Shown: in pieces, positions 13,641-27,292 of the stretch | How positions within the stretch are numbered: the stretch's first letter is position 1 | Layout of the letters: the number at the start of each line of letters is the position of its first letter | Assembly (NCBI RefSeq): GCF_963921235.1 | Contig: NC_086108.1 | Location: forward strand, 25,172,001-25,236,000 | Source: Mobula hypostoma | Lineage: Eukaryota | DNA: 64,000 nucleotides | Direction of reading: 5' to 3' | Program-made: the position numbers and the translations under genes | Notes under the pieces: model-generated | Database searches by the model: none | What the model was told of the DNA's origin: nothing | What the model saw: the letters and a program-made list of their open reading frames with translations, nothing else

Positions 13641-14669
13641 CTTATTGCTTGACTGAGGAAAACTTAGTCAGCCCAAAATTTTTACTTCACTAAACTTCAG
13701 GTCAAAATGTCACTGAGCTGCAGTTGCTGTTGAGGCTCAGACTTAGTTGATTTTTAGGCTTGTAGGAAAGTCTTATGGACAGAGAGAGGAGTTAGGGGTC
13801 AGATTAAGATATAGGGACAGGGATGTGGGGGAGTTAGAGATCAGGCCAAAGTCTAGGCCTCCGTTCGGTATTCCAAGGCCAGCGACATAGACTTGTGACA
13901 AAAGACATCGGTGGTTAGGATGTTGAGCTTTCAGACCAACGAGGACAAGGACTGGCATCCGATGTACCATCCCATCCCTCACCAGGACGGTCATCGGCAG
14001 GTTCCAGGATCAGACTTCTGTATGGGCAGCAGGAACGACGGTCAGTGACCCCCACTAAATATGCGACTTTCTGAAGACCAGAGTTTGAGGCATAATGTTC
14101 GAGGACCTGGCCATCGGAGAGTCTGAAATCTAGGACCTGGAGTTCGGGTCCTCATTCATTGTCATCAGTGAGTCCTGGGTTGATACCGAAGATCAAAACT
14201 TGAAGGTCGATCAGAAGCCCAGAGGCTGAAGAAACAATGTCTGCAAGTCCACGAGGCCAGAGAAGGTGACCTGTTCTTGGGGTGGAAGACTATCTATGTG
14301 TGTACTGCGTGTAGGAATAGGCCTTGTTTTGCTGTTGTTTTGTTGCTGTTGTTCTGTCGTTGTTGCTACTGAACATTGTGGGCACCAGAACACGAGGCAA
14401 CACTTGCATGCTGCCCTCAGCACATCTTTAGGTCATGTTGGTTGTTAACACAAATTTTAAACTTTGATGCACATTTAATAAATAAATGAATCTGAGTCTC
14501 AGTTCCCAGCATGCTTTTGTACACTGACCTACAATGGCTTCCAGTCCTCACCTGCTTCATAGTTATAACACTCAATTTTAAGGCTTGTGCCTGCTGTATG
14601 AGACATCTGTGACTTTTCTGGATGAGGAGGGGATTTAAATTGACATGAAAATATTAAACACTCACTTTC

Positions 14670-15285
14670 AACGGTGTACTCGTGCAAAAATTGTGGAATG
14701 CAGTTGAAGCAAGTGATTATGAAGGCAAGTACAACACTGGCCTTTATTGTAAGAAGATTGGAGTGATATGGTATAGAAGTATTTTCTCTGAAATTGAGAA
14801 GTATTTTGCTCAGTCCATATCCGGTGCACTGCATAGAATTTTGGTCTCATTTGAAGAAGGATATGATTGTCTAAGGTGTGGTGCAGAGAGAGTTTGGTAA
14901 ATTGTTTTGAGGAAGGATGTCTTATGATGAACAAATCTTTACTCTCTCTCTCTTTGGTGAGGAGCTATTGAACTGAAATCTTTAAGGAACCTTTTAGGTT
15001 GGAATTTGAGAGGATGTTTCCCTTGGTGAGTGAGCATAATACCTAGGGTCTTTGTCTCTGTATGAAAGGTAACTACATATAACTGAGATTCAAAGGATTT
15101 TCATTTCTCTGAAGTTCTATTAATTTTCAGCAGTCTCAACCCCAGAGGGCTGGGAATACTTTCATTATGTATATTTGAAGCTGAGTTATATGTATTGTTA
15201 GACCACTGACAAATCAAAGATTTTTGGACTCAGACAAGAAATTGAGTCATAACATTATTCAGCCATGACCTTAATAGTGACAGAG
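14670..15285 (+). mobile_element. Old CR1 3' fragment
   Basis: Degenerate copy of the CR1 ORF2 C-terminal region (compare 17300-17900). Confidence 0.55.
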
Positions 15286-15841
15286 AAAGGACAAAATGTG
15301 ACAGAGGAGGGTAAGACAGAAGAGCCATTCACCCATTGAGTCTACTCTGCCATTCCATCTCCCCATAACCTTACTCATCAAGAATCTGCAGACAGGTCAT
15401 TCGACCCATTGGGCCCATGTTAGCTATTAGGTGTACTCATCTCATTTACAAGGTTGTAGCCTTCTTTTGCCAGGGCTTTTCAGGAGCTCAGCTAAATACT
15501 TCCTTAATGTTCCACGAGTACTGATCTACACTTTCCCCTCAGGCGGTACATTCCATATTTCACCTATAAAAATATTCTATCTCAATTTCCCTTCTCTCAC
15601 CTTAAACCTACACCCTCTGCTGTAGTAAAGTATTTCTCATCACTCATTCAATCAAATCTCTTCTCGGCTCTCTGGTTCAAGGAAAACAAATACAACCCAT
15701 CTACTCTCCCTTCATATCTGAAACACTTCAACCTAGGCAAAATCCCATGAAATCTCCTTTTCACTCTGCATGGTACCATCATCTCCTGCTGACGATGTGG
15801 TGACCTGCTCTGCACACATCACTCCAGCTGCGGCCAAACTA

Positions 15842-17983
15842 ATATGCAATGGCAGGCATTTAAAGGTTGCATGGATGAACTACAACAATTGTTCATCCCA
15901 GTTTGGCAAAAGAATAAATCAAGGAAGGTAGTGCACCCGTGGCTGACAAGAGAAATTAGGGATAGTATCAATTCCAAAGAAGTAGCATACAAATTAGCCA
16001 GAGAAAGTGGCTCACCTGAGGACTGGGAGAAATTCAGAGTTCAGCAGAGGAGGACAAAGGGCTTAATTAGGAAGGGGAAAAAAGATTATAAGAGAAAACT
16101 GGCAGAGAACATAAAAACGGACTGTAAAAGCTTTTATAGATATGTAAAAAGGAAAAGACTGATAAAGACAAATGTAGGTCCCCTGCAAACAGAAACAGGT
16201 GAATTGATTATGGGGAGCAAGGACATGGCAGACCAATTGAATAATTACTTTGGTTCTGTCTTCACTAAGGAGGACATAAATAATCTTCCAGAAATAGTAA
16301 GGGACAGAGGGTCCAGTGAGATGGAGGAACTGAGCGAAATACATGTTAGTAGGGAAGTGGTGTTAGGTAAATTGAAGGGATTGAAGGCAGATAAATCCCC
16401 AGGGCCAGATGGTCTGCATCCCAGAGTGCTTAAGGAAGTGGCCCAAGAAATAGTGGATGCATTAGTGATAATTTTTCAAAACTTGTTAGATTCTGGACTA
16501 GTTCCTGGGGATTGGAGGGTGGCTAATGTAACCCCACTTTTTAAAAAAGGAGGGAGAGAGAAACCGGGGAATTATAGGCCGGTTAGCCTAACGTCGGTGG
16601 TGGGGAAACTGCTGGAGTCAGTTATCAAGGATGTGATAACAGCACATTTGGAAAGCGGTGAAATGATCGGACAAAGTCAGCATGGATTTGTGAAAGGAAA
16701 ATCATGTCTGACGAATCTCATAGAATTTTTTGAGGATGTAACTAGTAGAGTGGATAGGGGAGAACCAGTGGATGTGGTATATTTGGATTTTCAAAAGGCT
16801 TTTGACAAGGTCCCACATAGGAGATTAGTGTGCAAACTTAAAGCACACGGTATTGGGGGTAAGGTATTGGTGTGGGTGTAGAATTGGTTAGCAGACAGGA
16901 AGCAAAGAGTGGGAATAAACGGGAGCTTTTCAGAATGGCAGGCGGTGACTAGTGGGGTACCGCAAGGCTCAGTGCTGGGACCCCAGTTGTTTACAATATA
17001 TATTAATGACTTGGATGAGGGAATTAAATGCAGCATCTCCAAGTTTGCGGATGACACAAAGCTGGGTGGCAGTGTTAGCAGTGAGGAGGATGCTAAGAGG
17101 ATGCAGGGTGACTTGGATAGGTTGGGTGAGTGGGCAAACTCATGGCAGATGCAATTTAATGTGGATAAATGTGAAGTTATCCACTTTGGTGGCAAAAATA
17201 GGAAAACAGATTATTATCTGAATGGTGGCCGATTAGGAAAAGGGGAGGTGCAACGAGACCTGGGTGTCATTATACACCAGTCATTGAAAGTGGGCATGCA
17301 GGTACAGCAGGCGGTGAAAAAGGCGAATGGTATGCTGGCATTTATAGCGAGAGGATTCGAGTACAGGAGCAGGGAGGTACTACTGCAGTTGTACAAGGCC
17401 TTGGTGAGACCACACCTGGAGTATTGTGTGCAGTTTTGGTCCCCTAATCTGAGGAAAGACATCTTTGCCATAGAGGGAGTACAAAGAAGGTTCACCAGAT
17501 TGATTCCTGGGATGGCAGGTCTTTCATATGAAGAAAGACTGGATGAACTGGGCTTGTACTCGTTGGAATTTAGAAGATTGAGGGGGGATCTGATTGAAAC
17601 GTATAAGATCCTAAAGGGATTGGACAGGCTAGATGCGGGAAGATTATTCCCGATGTTGGGGAGGTCCAGAACGAGGGGTCACAGTTTGAGGATAGAGGGG
17701 AAGCCTTTTAGGACCAAGATTAGGAAAAACTTCTTCACACAGAGAGTGGTGAATCTGTGGAATTCTCTGCCACAGCAAACTGTTGAGGCCAGTTCATTGG
17801 CTATGTTTAAGAGGGAGTTAGATATGGCCCTTGTGGCTACAGGGGTCAGGGGGTATGGAGGGAAGGCTGGGTTCTGAGTTGGATGATCAGCCATGATCAT
17901 AATAAATGGCGGTGCAGGCTCGAAGGGCCGAATGGCCTACTCCTGCACCTATTTTCTATGTTTCTATGTTTCTATGTTTCTAT
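15842..17983 (+). mobile_element. Young 5'-truncated CR1 LINE, copy A (RT domain)
   Basis: ORFs 15844-16881 and 16909-17877 separated by one [27 protein letters not shown] and FADD RT motifs; (TTTCTATG)n tail; sits inside an older minus-strand CR1 (~15380-15841 and 17984-18020). Confidence 0.97.
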
Positions 17984-18744
17984 AAAGTTGTATCCTAACC
18001 TCCCTACTCTTGTATTCAATTAACGCAAGAGAAAATAAAGGAAAATACTTCATCACCAACATCATGCAGTCCTATGTATTAAGAGTCCATGCCCATTTGC
18101 CAGAAGGATTGGATGTTTCTATTGTGTAAGTTGCCTGGTGCTGATCTCCCTTTTAAAGGAACTTAAGCGATGGTTTCCGAACATGGGGAGATGTTTAGTG
18201 TTACTTGTTGCTGTTCTGCACGATTGACCGAAGTTGCCGGAAGAGAAGGGGAAGAGAGGCATCCAGCAGTTGATTTTATCTCCACCAGCATTTCTCCTAG
18301 TTGGACTTCAGTGACAATCACTGCAGTCTGTCCTTTACTTGAATGATGTTCACACTTCACTCAGTAAATCCTGAATAAAGTCTGGCGGAACTCTAACCAC
18401 AGCATAGGCCAAAACCTACACTGCATCTATCTGTGAAGGGGAATACGGTGTCGATCCATATGTGCCTAGCTCCTTCTGTGCATCTGCTGGAGACACACAT
18501 TTCTGCCATTACTACAATGTTGCTCTCATCGTCAACCCCACTTTCAAATAAAAAGGCAATACAAATATGCATTCTGAAGTAAATTTATGGATTAGTTAAA
18601 GTTCATACAGATATGAACTAATTTCGAATGACAAAGGTGAGTCTCAGAGTGATCTCATTAATCTCTTTCCCCTCTGATTTGTCTGAAAACTGTTCTCTCT
18701 CCCATGCCCTTTCCATTTCCTCCAATCCTCTTCAACCCACTTGT

Positions 18745-19405
18745 ACTGCAGGTTATTGACGATAACAAATAAATCACCTGGTCCAGATGAACTACCTACC
18801 ACCCGAGGGTTCTGAAAGAGGTAGATGAAGAGATTGTGGAGGCATTAGTAATGATATTTCAAGAACCACTAGAATCTGCAATGATTCTGGAGGACTGGAA
18901 GATTGCAAATACTGTTCCACTGCTTACGAAGGGGGGGTGGGTGGCAGGGAACAAAAGACAGGAAATTATAGGCCAGGTAGCCTGACTGGTAAGATGTTAG
19001 AGTCCATTATTATGGATGTGGTTCTGGGGTACTTGGAGTCACATGATAAAATAGGTTGAAATCAGCATGGTTTTCTGAAGGGGAAATTTTGCCTGACAAA
19101 GTTGTTGGAATTCTTTGAGGAAATACCAGGCGGGATAGACAAACGAGAGTCAGTAGATGTTATTTACTTGGATTTTTGGAAGGCCTTTGACAAGGTGCTG
19201 CACATGAGGCTGCTTAGCAAGATTTGATGGTATTGGATTTGCTGATATGTGCGTGCAAAAAATGTTTGGACAGGTATGTCAATAAGAAAAGGTTTTGAGG
19301 AATAGGGATCAAATGCAGACAAATGGGATGAGCTTAGGTTGGCAGATTGTTTGGCGTGGGTGAGTTAGGACAAAGGGCCTGCTTCTGTGATTTATAACTC
19401 TGATA
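18745..19405 (+). mobile_element. Old, internally deleted CR1 RT fragment plus tail
   Basis: KSPGPDELP.RVLKEV, NYRP and LDFWKAFDKVLH remnants. Confidence 0.75.
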
Positions 19406-20239
19406 CCAAAGTCAAATTTCATGCACTCAGAAGAGAGAAGTGTGCACACAAACAGCACCTGAGGTCATGTCCATAGTGAGATATTCACAGCCCCTCACTT
19501 CACCAAAAGTAAAGAATCAGAGAATCTGAATGCATACCTCAGCCATGCCCAGCCACAATTATTGATGCCACAGCCCAGTCTCAGCACAGGCAGTGGCTAT
19601 ATTGTAGGAGGAGATGTTAGTTCTTGGCACTGCTGAGTCCTCTGCTGATGCATCCTGTCATTATGCCTTGGCTGCACCCAGCAGGCAGCGTGATATTGTA
19701 CAGCAGGACAGCAATCTCCAGTCCAAGAAGAATGCCAGATAACCGCAAACAACTAGTGCCTAGAAACTGGAATTCCTACATCATGAGTGCCCCCCCACCA
19801 CACACCCCTGTGAATTACAGATTGATCCGGGACACAGAGATAGCAGCACGGGCCCTGGATTTGATTTGAATCTCAGTGGACTGAGATCAGTGAAGCGAGA
19901 ATCACAGGTATTCATCCATCATCCCTTCCGTCTGGATCTGAAGAATGTAGATTGCTGTGGACAGGGCAGAGCCTTTATTTGCCACTTCATTCCTGAACCA
20001 TAGGCAAGTTGTTCTTAAAGCTTTTGCATTCACCTCTGGTTACCCCATCAGGGGAATGATATGGAGGCTTTTAAGAATGTGCAGAAGTGTTTAACCAAGA
20101 TTCTGCCTGGATAGAGAGTATGTTCTAAAAGGAGAAGATGTACAAACTAGGGTTGTTCTCCACAGTGATGGAGGCTGAGGGGAGACCTGATGGAAGTTTA
20201 TAGAATTATGAGAGGCAAAGTCAGAGCAGACTTTAATCA

Positions 20240-21284
20240 ATAAGTGTCATGACCTTGGCTTCAATACCACCTTGTGCAACTGGATCCTCGATTTCCTCAC
20301 TTGCAGACCCCAGTCAGTTCAGATTAATAACAACATCTCCTCCACGATCTCCATCAGCAAAAGGTACACCACAGGGCTGTGTACTTAGCCCCCAGCTCTA
20401 CTGGCTTTATACTTATACATGTGAACCTAAGGACAGCTCCAGTGCCATATTTAAGTTTGCTGATGATGTCACTGTCATTGGCTGAATCAAAAGTGGTATC
20501 AAATCGGTACATAGGAGGGAGACTGAAAATCTGTTCGAATGGTGCACAACAACAACCTTTCACTCAACGTCAGCAAAACCAAAGACTACAGGAGGAAGAA
20601 ACCAGAGGTCGATTAGACAGTCCCCATTAGGAGATCAGAGGTAGAAAGGGTCAATAACTTTGAATTCTTTGCTGTTAAAATTTCCAAAGATTTGTTCTGG
20701 GACTAGTGTGCAATTGCCATTGCAAAGATGGCACAGCAGTGCCTTTTTTCTTACAAGTTTGTGCCACGTCATCTGAAACTTTGACAAAATTCTATAGATG
20801 CACAGAGGAGAGTATCCGACTGGTTGTAAAATGGCCTGGTATGGAAACACCAACGTCCACGAATGGAAAAGCCTCCAAAAATTGATGGATGCAGCCCAGT
20901 CCATCACAGGCAAAGCCCTCCCAACCATTCAGCACATCTATAAGAAGCTTGGTCCCAAGAAAGCAACACGCATCATCAAGGACCCCACCGTACAGGCCGT
21001 GCTCTCTTCTCAGTGCAGCCATTGGGAAGGAGGTACAGAAGCCTTAGGTCCCACAGCACCAGGTTCAGGAATAATTATTACTCTTCAATGTTATACTCCT
21101 GAACCGGCGTGGATATCTTCACTCACCTCAACACTGGTGAGTGAAGATAACCACATTAATACAGACTACCTTTCAAAGATTCTGCAGCTCGTATCCTCAG
21201 TTTTATATATTTATTGTATTTGCACAATTTGTCTTCTTCTGCACATCGGTTGTTTATCAGTCTTTGTGTGGCTTTTCATTGATT
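20240..21284 (+). mobile_element. Rex1/Babar LINE (RT to 3' UTR), split by CR1 copy B; its 3' UTR resumes at 24326-24440
   Basis: [13 protein letters not shown] and IFKFADD motifs, WYGNT, Rex-type 3' UTR continuing after the CR1 insertion. Confidence 0.82.
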
Positions 21285-24200
21285 ACATAGAAACATAGAA
21301 ACATAGAAAATAAGTGCAGGAGTAGGCCATTCGGCCCTTTGAGCCTGCACCGCCATTTATTATGATCATGGCTGATCATCCAACTCAGAACCCAGCCTTC
21401 CCTCCATACCCCCTGACCCCTGTAGCCACAAGGGCCATATCTAACTCCCTCTTAAACATAGCCAATGAACTGGCCTCAACAGTTCGCTGTGGCAGAGAAT
21501 TCCACAGATTCACCACTCTCTGTGTGAAGAAGTTTTTCCTAATCTTGGTCCTAAAAGGCTTCCCCTCTATCCTCAAACTGTGACCCCTCGTTCTGGACCT
21601 CCCCAACATCGGGAATAATCTTCCCGCATCTAGCCTGTCCAATCCCTTTAGGATCTTATACGTTTCAATCAGATCCCCCCTCAATCTTCTAAATTCCAAC
21701 GAGTACAAGCCCAGTTCATCCAGTCTTTCTTCATATGAAAGACCTGCCATCCCAGGAATCAATCTGGTGAACCTTCTTTGTACTCCCTCTATGGCAAAGA
21801 TGTCTTTCCTCAGATTAGGGGACCAAAACTGCACACAATACTCCAGGTGTGGTCTCACCAAGGCCTTGTACAACTGCAGTAGTACCTCCCTGCTACTGTA
21901 CTCGAATCCTCTCGCTATAAATGCCAGCATACCATTCGCCTTTTTCACTGCCTGCTGTACCTGCATGCCCACTTTCAATGACTGGTGTATAATGACACCC
22001 AGGTCTCGTTGCACCTCCCCTTTTCCTAATCGGCCACCATTCAGATAATAATCTGTTTTCCTATTTTTGCCACCAAAGTGGATAACTTCACATTTATCCA
22101 CATTAAATTGCATCTGCCATGAGTTTGCCCACTCACCCAACCTATCCAAGTCACCCTGCATCCTCTTAGCATCCTCCTCACTGCTAACACTGCCACCCAG
22201 CTTCGTGTCATCCGCAAACTTGGAGATGCTGCATTTAATTCCCTCATCCAAGTCATTAATATATATTGTAAACAACTGGGGTCCCAGCACTGAGCCTTGC
22301 GGTACCCCACTAGTCACCGCCTGCCATTCTGAAAAGGTCCCATTTATTCCCACTCTTTGCTTCCTGTCTGCTAACCAATCTCCACCCACACCAATATCTT
22401 ACCCCCAATACCGTGTGCTTTAAGTTTGCACACTAATCTCCTGTGTGGGACCTTGTCAAAAGCCTTTTGAAAATCCAAATATACCACATCCACTGGTTCT
22501 CCCCTATCCACTCTACTAGTTACATCCTCAAAAAATTCTATGAGATTCGTCAGACATGATTTTCCTTTCACAAATCCATGCTGACTTTGTCCGATCATTT
22601 CACCGCTTTCCAAATGTGCTGTTATCACATCCTTGATAACTGACTCCAGCAGTTTCCCCACCACCAACGTTAGGCTAACCGGCCTATAATTCCCCGGTTT
22701 CTCTCTCCCTCCTTTTTTAAAAAGTGGGGTTACATTAGCCACCCTCCAATCCTCAGGAACTAGTCCAGAATCTAACGAGTTTTGAAAAATTATCACTAAT
22801 GCATCCACTATTTCTTGGGCTACCTCCTTAAGCACTCTAGGATGCAGACCATCTGGCCCTGGGGATTTATCTGCCTTCAATCCCTTCAATTTACCTAACA
22901 CCACTTCCCTACTAACATGTATTTCACTCAGTTCCTCCATCTCACTGGACCCTCTGTCCCTTACTATTTCTGGAAGATTATTTATGTCCTCCTTAGTGAA
23001 GACAGAACCAAAGTAATTATTCAATTGGTCTGCCATGTCCTTGCTCCCCATAATCAATTCACCTGATTCTGTCTGCAGGGGACCTACATTTGTCTTTACC
23101 AGTCTTTTCCTTTTTACATATCTATAAAAGCTTTTACAGTCCGTTTTTATGTTCTCTGCCAGTTTTCTCTTATAATCTTTTTTCCCCTTCCTAATTAAGC
23201 CCTTTGTCCTCCTCTGCTGAACTCTGAATTTCTCCCAGTCCTCAGGTGAGCCACTTTCTCTGGCTAATTTGTATGCTACTTCTTTGGAATTAATACTATC
23301 CCTAATTTCTCTTGTCAGCCACGGGTGCACTACCTTCCTTGATTTATTCTTTTGCCAAACTGGGATGAACAATTGTTGTAGTTCATCCACGCAACCTTTA
23401 AATGCTTGCCATTGCATATCCACCGTCAATCCTTTAAGTGTCATTTGCCAGTCTATCTTAGCTAATTCACGTCTCATTCCTTCAAAGTTATCCCTCTTTA
23501 AGTTCGGAACCTTTGTTTCTGAATTAACTATGTCACTCTCCATGTTAATGAAGAATTCCACCATATTATGGTCACTCTTACCCAAGCGGCCTCTCACGAC
23601 AAGATCGCTAATTAACCCTTCCTCATTGCTCAAAACCCAGTCCAGAATAGCCTGCTCTCTAGTTGGTTCCTCGACATGTTGTTTCAAAAAACCATCCCGC
23701 ATACATTCCAAGAAATCCTCTTCCTCAGCACCTTTACCAATTTGGTTCACCCAGTCTACATGTAGATTGAAGTCACCCATTATAACTGCTGTTCCTTTAT
23801 TGCACACATTTCTAATTTCCTGTTTAATACCATCTCCGACCTCACTACTACTGTTAGGTGGCCTGTACACAACTCCCACCAGCGTCTTCTGCCCCTTAGT
23901 GTTACGCAGCTCTACCCATATTGATTCCACATCTTCCCGGCTTATGTCCTTCCTTTCTATTGCGTTAATCTCTTCTTTAACCAGCAACACCACCCCACCT
24001 CCCCTTCCTTCATGTCTATCCCTCCTGAATATTGAATATCCCTGAACGTTGAGCTCCCATCCCTGGTCACCCTGGAGCCATGTCTCTGTGATCCCAACTA
24101 TATCATAATCATTAATAACAATCTGCACTTTCAATTCATCCACCTTATTACGAATGCTCCTTGCATTGACACATAAAGCCTTCAGGCGCTCTTTTACAAC

Positions 24201-24327
24201 TCTCTTAGCCCTTGTACAATTATGTTGAAAAGTGGCCCTTTTTAATGCTTGCCCTGGATTTGTCGGCCTGCCACTTTTACTTTTCTCCTTAGTACTTTTT
24301 GCTTCTACCCTCACTTTACACCCCTCT
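21285..24327 (-). mobile_element. Young CR1 LINE, copy B (nearly complete ORF2: APE endonuclease plus RT)
   Basis: ORFs 22371-24452 and 21385-22389 with a frameshift at ~22385; NARSI, GITETW, GDFN, SDH and FADD motifs; (CATAGAAA)n tail at 21285-21310. Confidence 0.97.
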
Positions 24328-25039
24328 GTTGTATTTCTTTGTTCTATTGTGAATGTCTGCAAGAAAATGAATCTCAGCATAGTATATGGTGACATATACA
24401 TACATTTATAAATAAATCTATTTTCAACTTCAAACTTGAAAGTTAGTGTCATTTTCCTAGATTGGAAGTGTCTAATACTAGAAGCCTTGCATTTAAAATG
24501 AGAAGGGGTAAATTGAAGGAGATGAGTGGGACAATTCTTCTCTTACTCAATGTGATGAATTCCTGGAATATACTGCCAGGGCTGGAGGTTTGATATAGAC
24601 AGTGAAAAGGCTCTTAGATAGGCACTTAAAATGCAGAAAATGGTGAGATATTGCCCATGTGCCAGCCAAAGTGTTTGATCGGAATTAATTGAATTAGTTT
24701 GGGCCAAAGGGCCTGTTCGTGTGCTGTATTATTCTCTGTTCTATGAAAGTGACTATTAAAATTCTTAGAATAGACTAACATCTCTCCTTTCAACCAGTCA
24801 CAGTACAGAAACAGGCCCTTCAGCGCAGAGTCCATCAACCACCCATTTGCACTAACCCTACATATATCTCCACACCTTCTCATAAACTGCATCCTCCCCA
24901 TCCCTGATTCTATCACTCACACACTGGGGGGGGGGCAATTATCTCATTAAACAGCTCCATCATTGGGATGCAAGAGGAAACCAGAGCTCCTGGTGTAAAT
25001 CTGTGTAGTCATAGAGACAGAGTCCAACTAGTTCATACA

Positions 25040-25345
25040 AAACCATTTAAACTGCCCTACTCACATTGACCTGCACCGGGATCATAGCCACAAAAATCCC
25101 AACCATCCATGTACCTATCCAAACTTGTTTTAAATGTTGAAATCAAGCTCACATACACCACTTTCGCTGGCAGTTTGTTCCACACTCTCTCAACCCTCTG
25201 AGAGAAGTTGTTTCCCTTCATGTTCCCCTTAAACTTTTCACCTTTCACCCTTAATCCATGACCTCTAGTTGTCATCCCACCCAGCCTCAGTGGGAAAAAA
25301 GCCTGCTTGCATTTACCGTACCTATACCCCTCACAGATTTGTGCA
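25040..25345 (-). mobile_element. CR1 3' fragment
   Basis: TRGHGLRVKGEKFKGNMKGNNFSQRVERVWNKLP. Confidence 0.8.
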
Positions 25346-25600
25346 AAATGTGCAGACTTCAATTAGATAACACTGGAGATGAGGTTTGAATTTGGGTCAA
25401 AGAGGAGGCTCCACCAGCTGCTGCTTCATGTTGGTAAAGCATATGCAGTACCTGACTTGGTGACACCATTAGATGCACAGCCAGTATTAAGAACAGTTCA
25501 CCGGGCACAGAGGCAGTTCCCTGACAGGCACAATTTTACTCAGCAGCTATCCCTGGAATGATTTACCCTGGGCAAACATCACTGCTGCTTGTGCCCTGCA

Positions 25601-25607
25601 TATAAAA
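25601..25607 (+). promoter_or_regulatory. Candidate TATA box in non-repeat DNA
   Basis: GCATATAAAAGC, followed by ATG at 25671 and G|GTAAGG donor at 25704/25705. Confidence 0.35.
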
Positions 25608-25670
25608 GCTGTGCACAGATGAATCCAGTTTCATAGCTTCTATCTCTAGTGCAGCAAAAATGTCAACAGC

Positions 25671-26151
25671 ATGACAGCCGTGTTCCCCAGCAATCAACAC
25701 TTTGGTAAGGCAAAGTAGAAAAATGTAGGTGTCAGCTTTGTCTCAGTGGTAGTGTTCACACCTCTGAATCAATGGTCACAGGCTCCTGACAACTCACTCT
25801 ACAACATATGTTGTCACTACCAGGTTGCTGAAATTGTACAGGCATGAGAATTCTTTGGCATTGTACTATGTTTCTCTACGTTGTGCGGGTGAACTTCACT
25901 TTTTTTGGTGAATAAATAATACATATGTTAAACTTCATAGTTTGCACTGTCCACATAATTATGCTTGGCATTTCCATAATTCTATGTACTAGAACTGAGG
26001 TGGGCAGATGTTGTCTGCAAGATATTAATGCACTGGCTCTTACAGGATGTTTAACACAAGAATACTCACAGTTGACATCTGTCCTTGTGAAATTCAAATT
26101 CTTAATGTCCCCCGGTGGAATATTCCATCTGGTTAGGAAACTCCGTGGGGT
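25671..26151 (+). CDS. Candidate two first coding exons (25671-25704 joined to 26046-~26151) of an unidentified gene or pseudogene
   Basis: Donor G|GTAAGG and acceptor CTCTTACAG| are phase-compatible and give MTAVFPSNQHFGCLTQEYSQLTSVLVKFKFLMSPGGIFHL; weak resemblance to MARVEL-domain protein N-termini; downstream exons not established. Confidence 0.25.
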
Positions 26152-26399
26152 GTTGTGGGGCAGTGCTCTATTCACAGCAGCTCCTTTTCACAGGAGTGCG
26201 CATATCCCCAAAGATCAGTAGTGAGGAGATTTGGACCTCCATGGCCCATCTGACAACAGCACCAACTTGCAATGGGTGGCAGATGTTTGGGACAGTTGGC
26301 TAGGACACAAGTACAAGAGCATTGTTTCCAGCAGTTGGGGTACTGATGTTGAGCTGTATCCCAAGGCATTGCCATCTGCTATGCCAGATCACAGTGCCT

Positions 26400-27015
26400 C
26401 AGTCTCACCTCCCTAATGGTTGCAAGCAATGAGGAACTTTTGCATGCTTCTGAGGATCCTCACCCTTTGTTTTTACAGATGCACCATAGGAAGCATTGCA
26501 TCTGGATGCAACACGATATATTGTATGGCACCCGCTCTGTCCAAGACCACAAGAAATTGCAGAGTTGTGAATGCAGCCCAGTTCATCCTGCAAGCCAACC
26601 TCCCCTCCGCTGATTCTGTCTATGCTTCCTGCCGCCTTGGGAAACAGTCAAGATAATGAAGAGCCCCTCCCACCCTGGTTATTTTCCTTTTACCCTGTCC
26701 CATCAGGCTGAAGATATAAAAACCCGAGAACATCAAACACCAGACTTGAAGGCAGTCTCTATCCTACGGTTACCTGACACTTCAATGAAACTTTCCTGCA
26801 TTAAAATTGAACTCTTGAACTCCTAAGCAACTGCATTATGGTCCTTCTACCTCATTTGTCTACCAGTACTACACCACCCTGTATCCGCAGCATTATATAC
26901 TCCACATTCTCTTTTCTTATTCCTGCCTCAATGTAATTTTGTCTGGAATGATCTCTTTGAATGGCAGACAAAGTAAAATCTTTTCACCGCCTCTCCGTAC
27001 ATATGACAATAATAA
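26400..27015 (+). mobile_element. Rex1/Babar 3' fragment
   Basis: FYRCTIGSIASGC, LQRVVNAAQFI-like and PSG.RY remnants; ACAATAATAA tail. Confidence 0.7.
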
Positions 27016-27017
27016 TA

Positions 27018-27292
27018 GCCATTGCAGTGTAGTGGTTGGCGTGATGCTAATACAGCTCCAGTTGTCAAAGTTCAGAGTTCAAATCCAGCACCAAATGTAA
27101 GAAGTTTGTACATTATTCCTGTGAGCACATGGGTTTCCTCCAGGTACTCTGGTTTCCACCTACATTCCATAGATGTACTGGTTAGTAGGTTAATTTGTCA
27201 TTGTGAATTGTTCTGTGCTAAGGCTAGGGTTGCTGGGCAATGCAGTTTGCTGGGCAAGAAGGGCCTGTTCTGCATTGTATAAATAAATAATA
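27018..27292 (+). mobile_element. V-SINE (tRNA head, V domain, CR1-like tail)
   Basis: A-box-like GTGTAGTGG, B-box-like GAGTTCAAATCC, GGGTTTCCTCCAGGTACTCTGGTTTCC V domain, (AAAT)n tail. Confidence 0.75.

Noticed and set aside
23269..24045. Long antisense ORFs to CR1 ORF2 (also 52480-53181, 16791-17195)
   Set aside because: Shadow ORFs of the coding strand, recurring only because the copies are near-identical
24328..24452. N-terminal extension of the 693-aa ORF
   Set aside because: Read-through into the antisense Rex 3' UTR beyond the CR1 truncation point
26090..26148. Minus-strand micro-exon (WNIPPGDIKNLNFTRTDVN) with AG/GTGAGT ends
   Set aside because: No recognisable homology or partner exons, and it overlaps the plus-strand candidate
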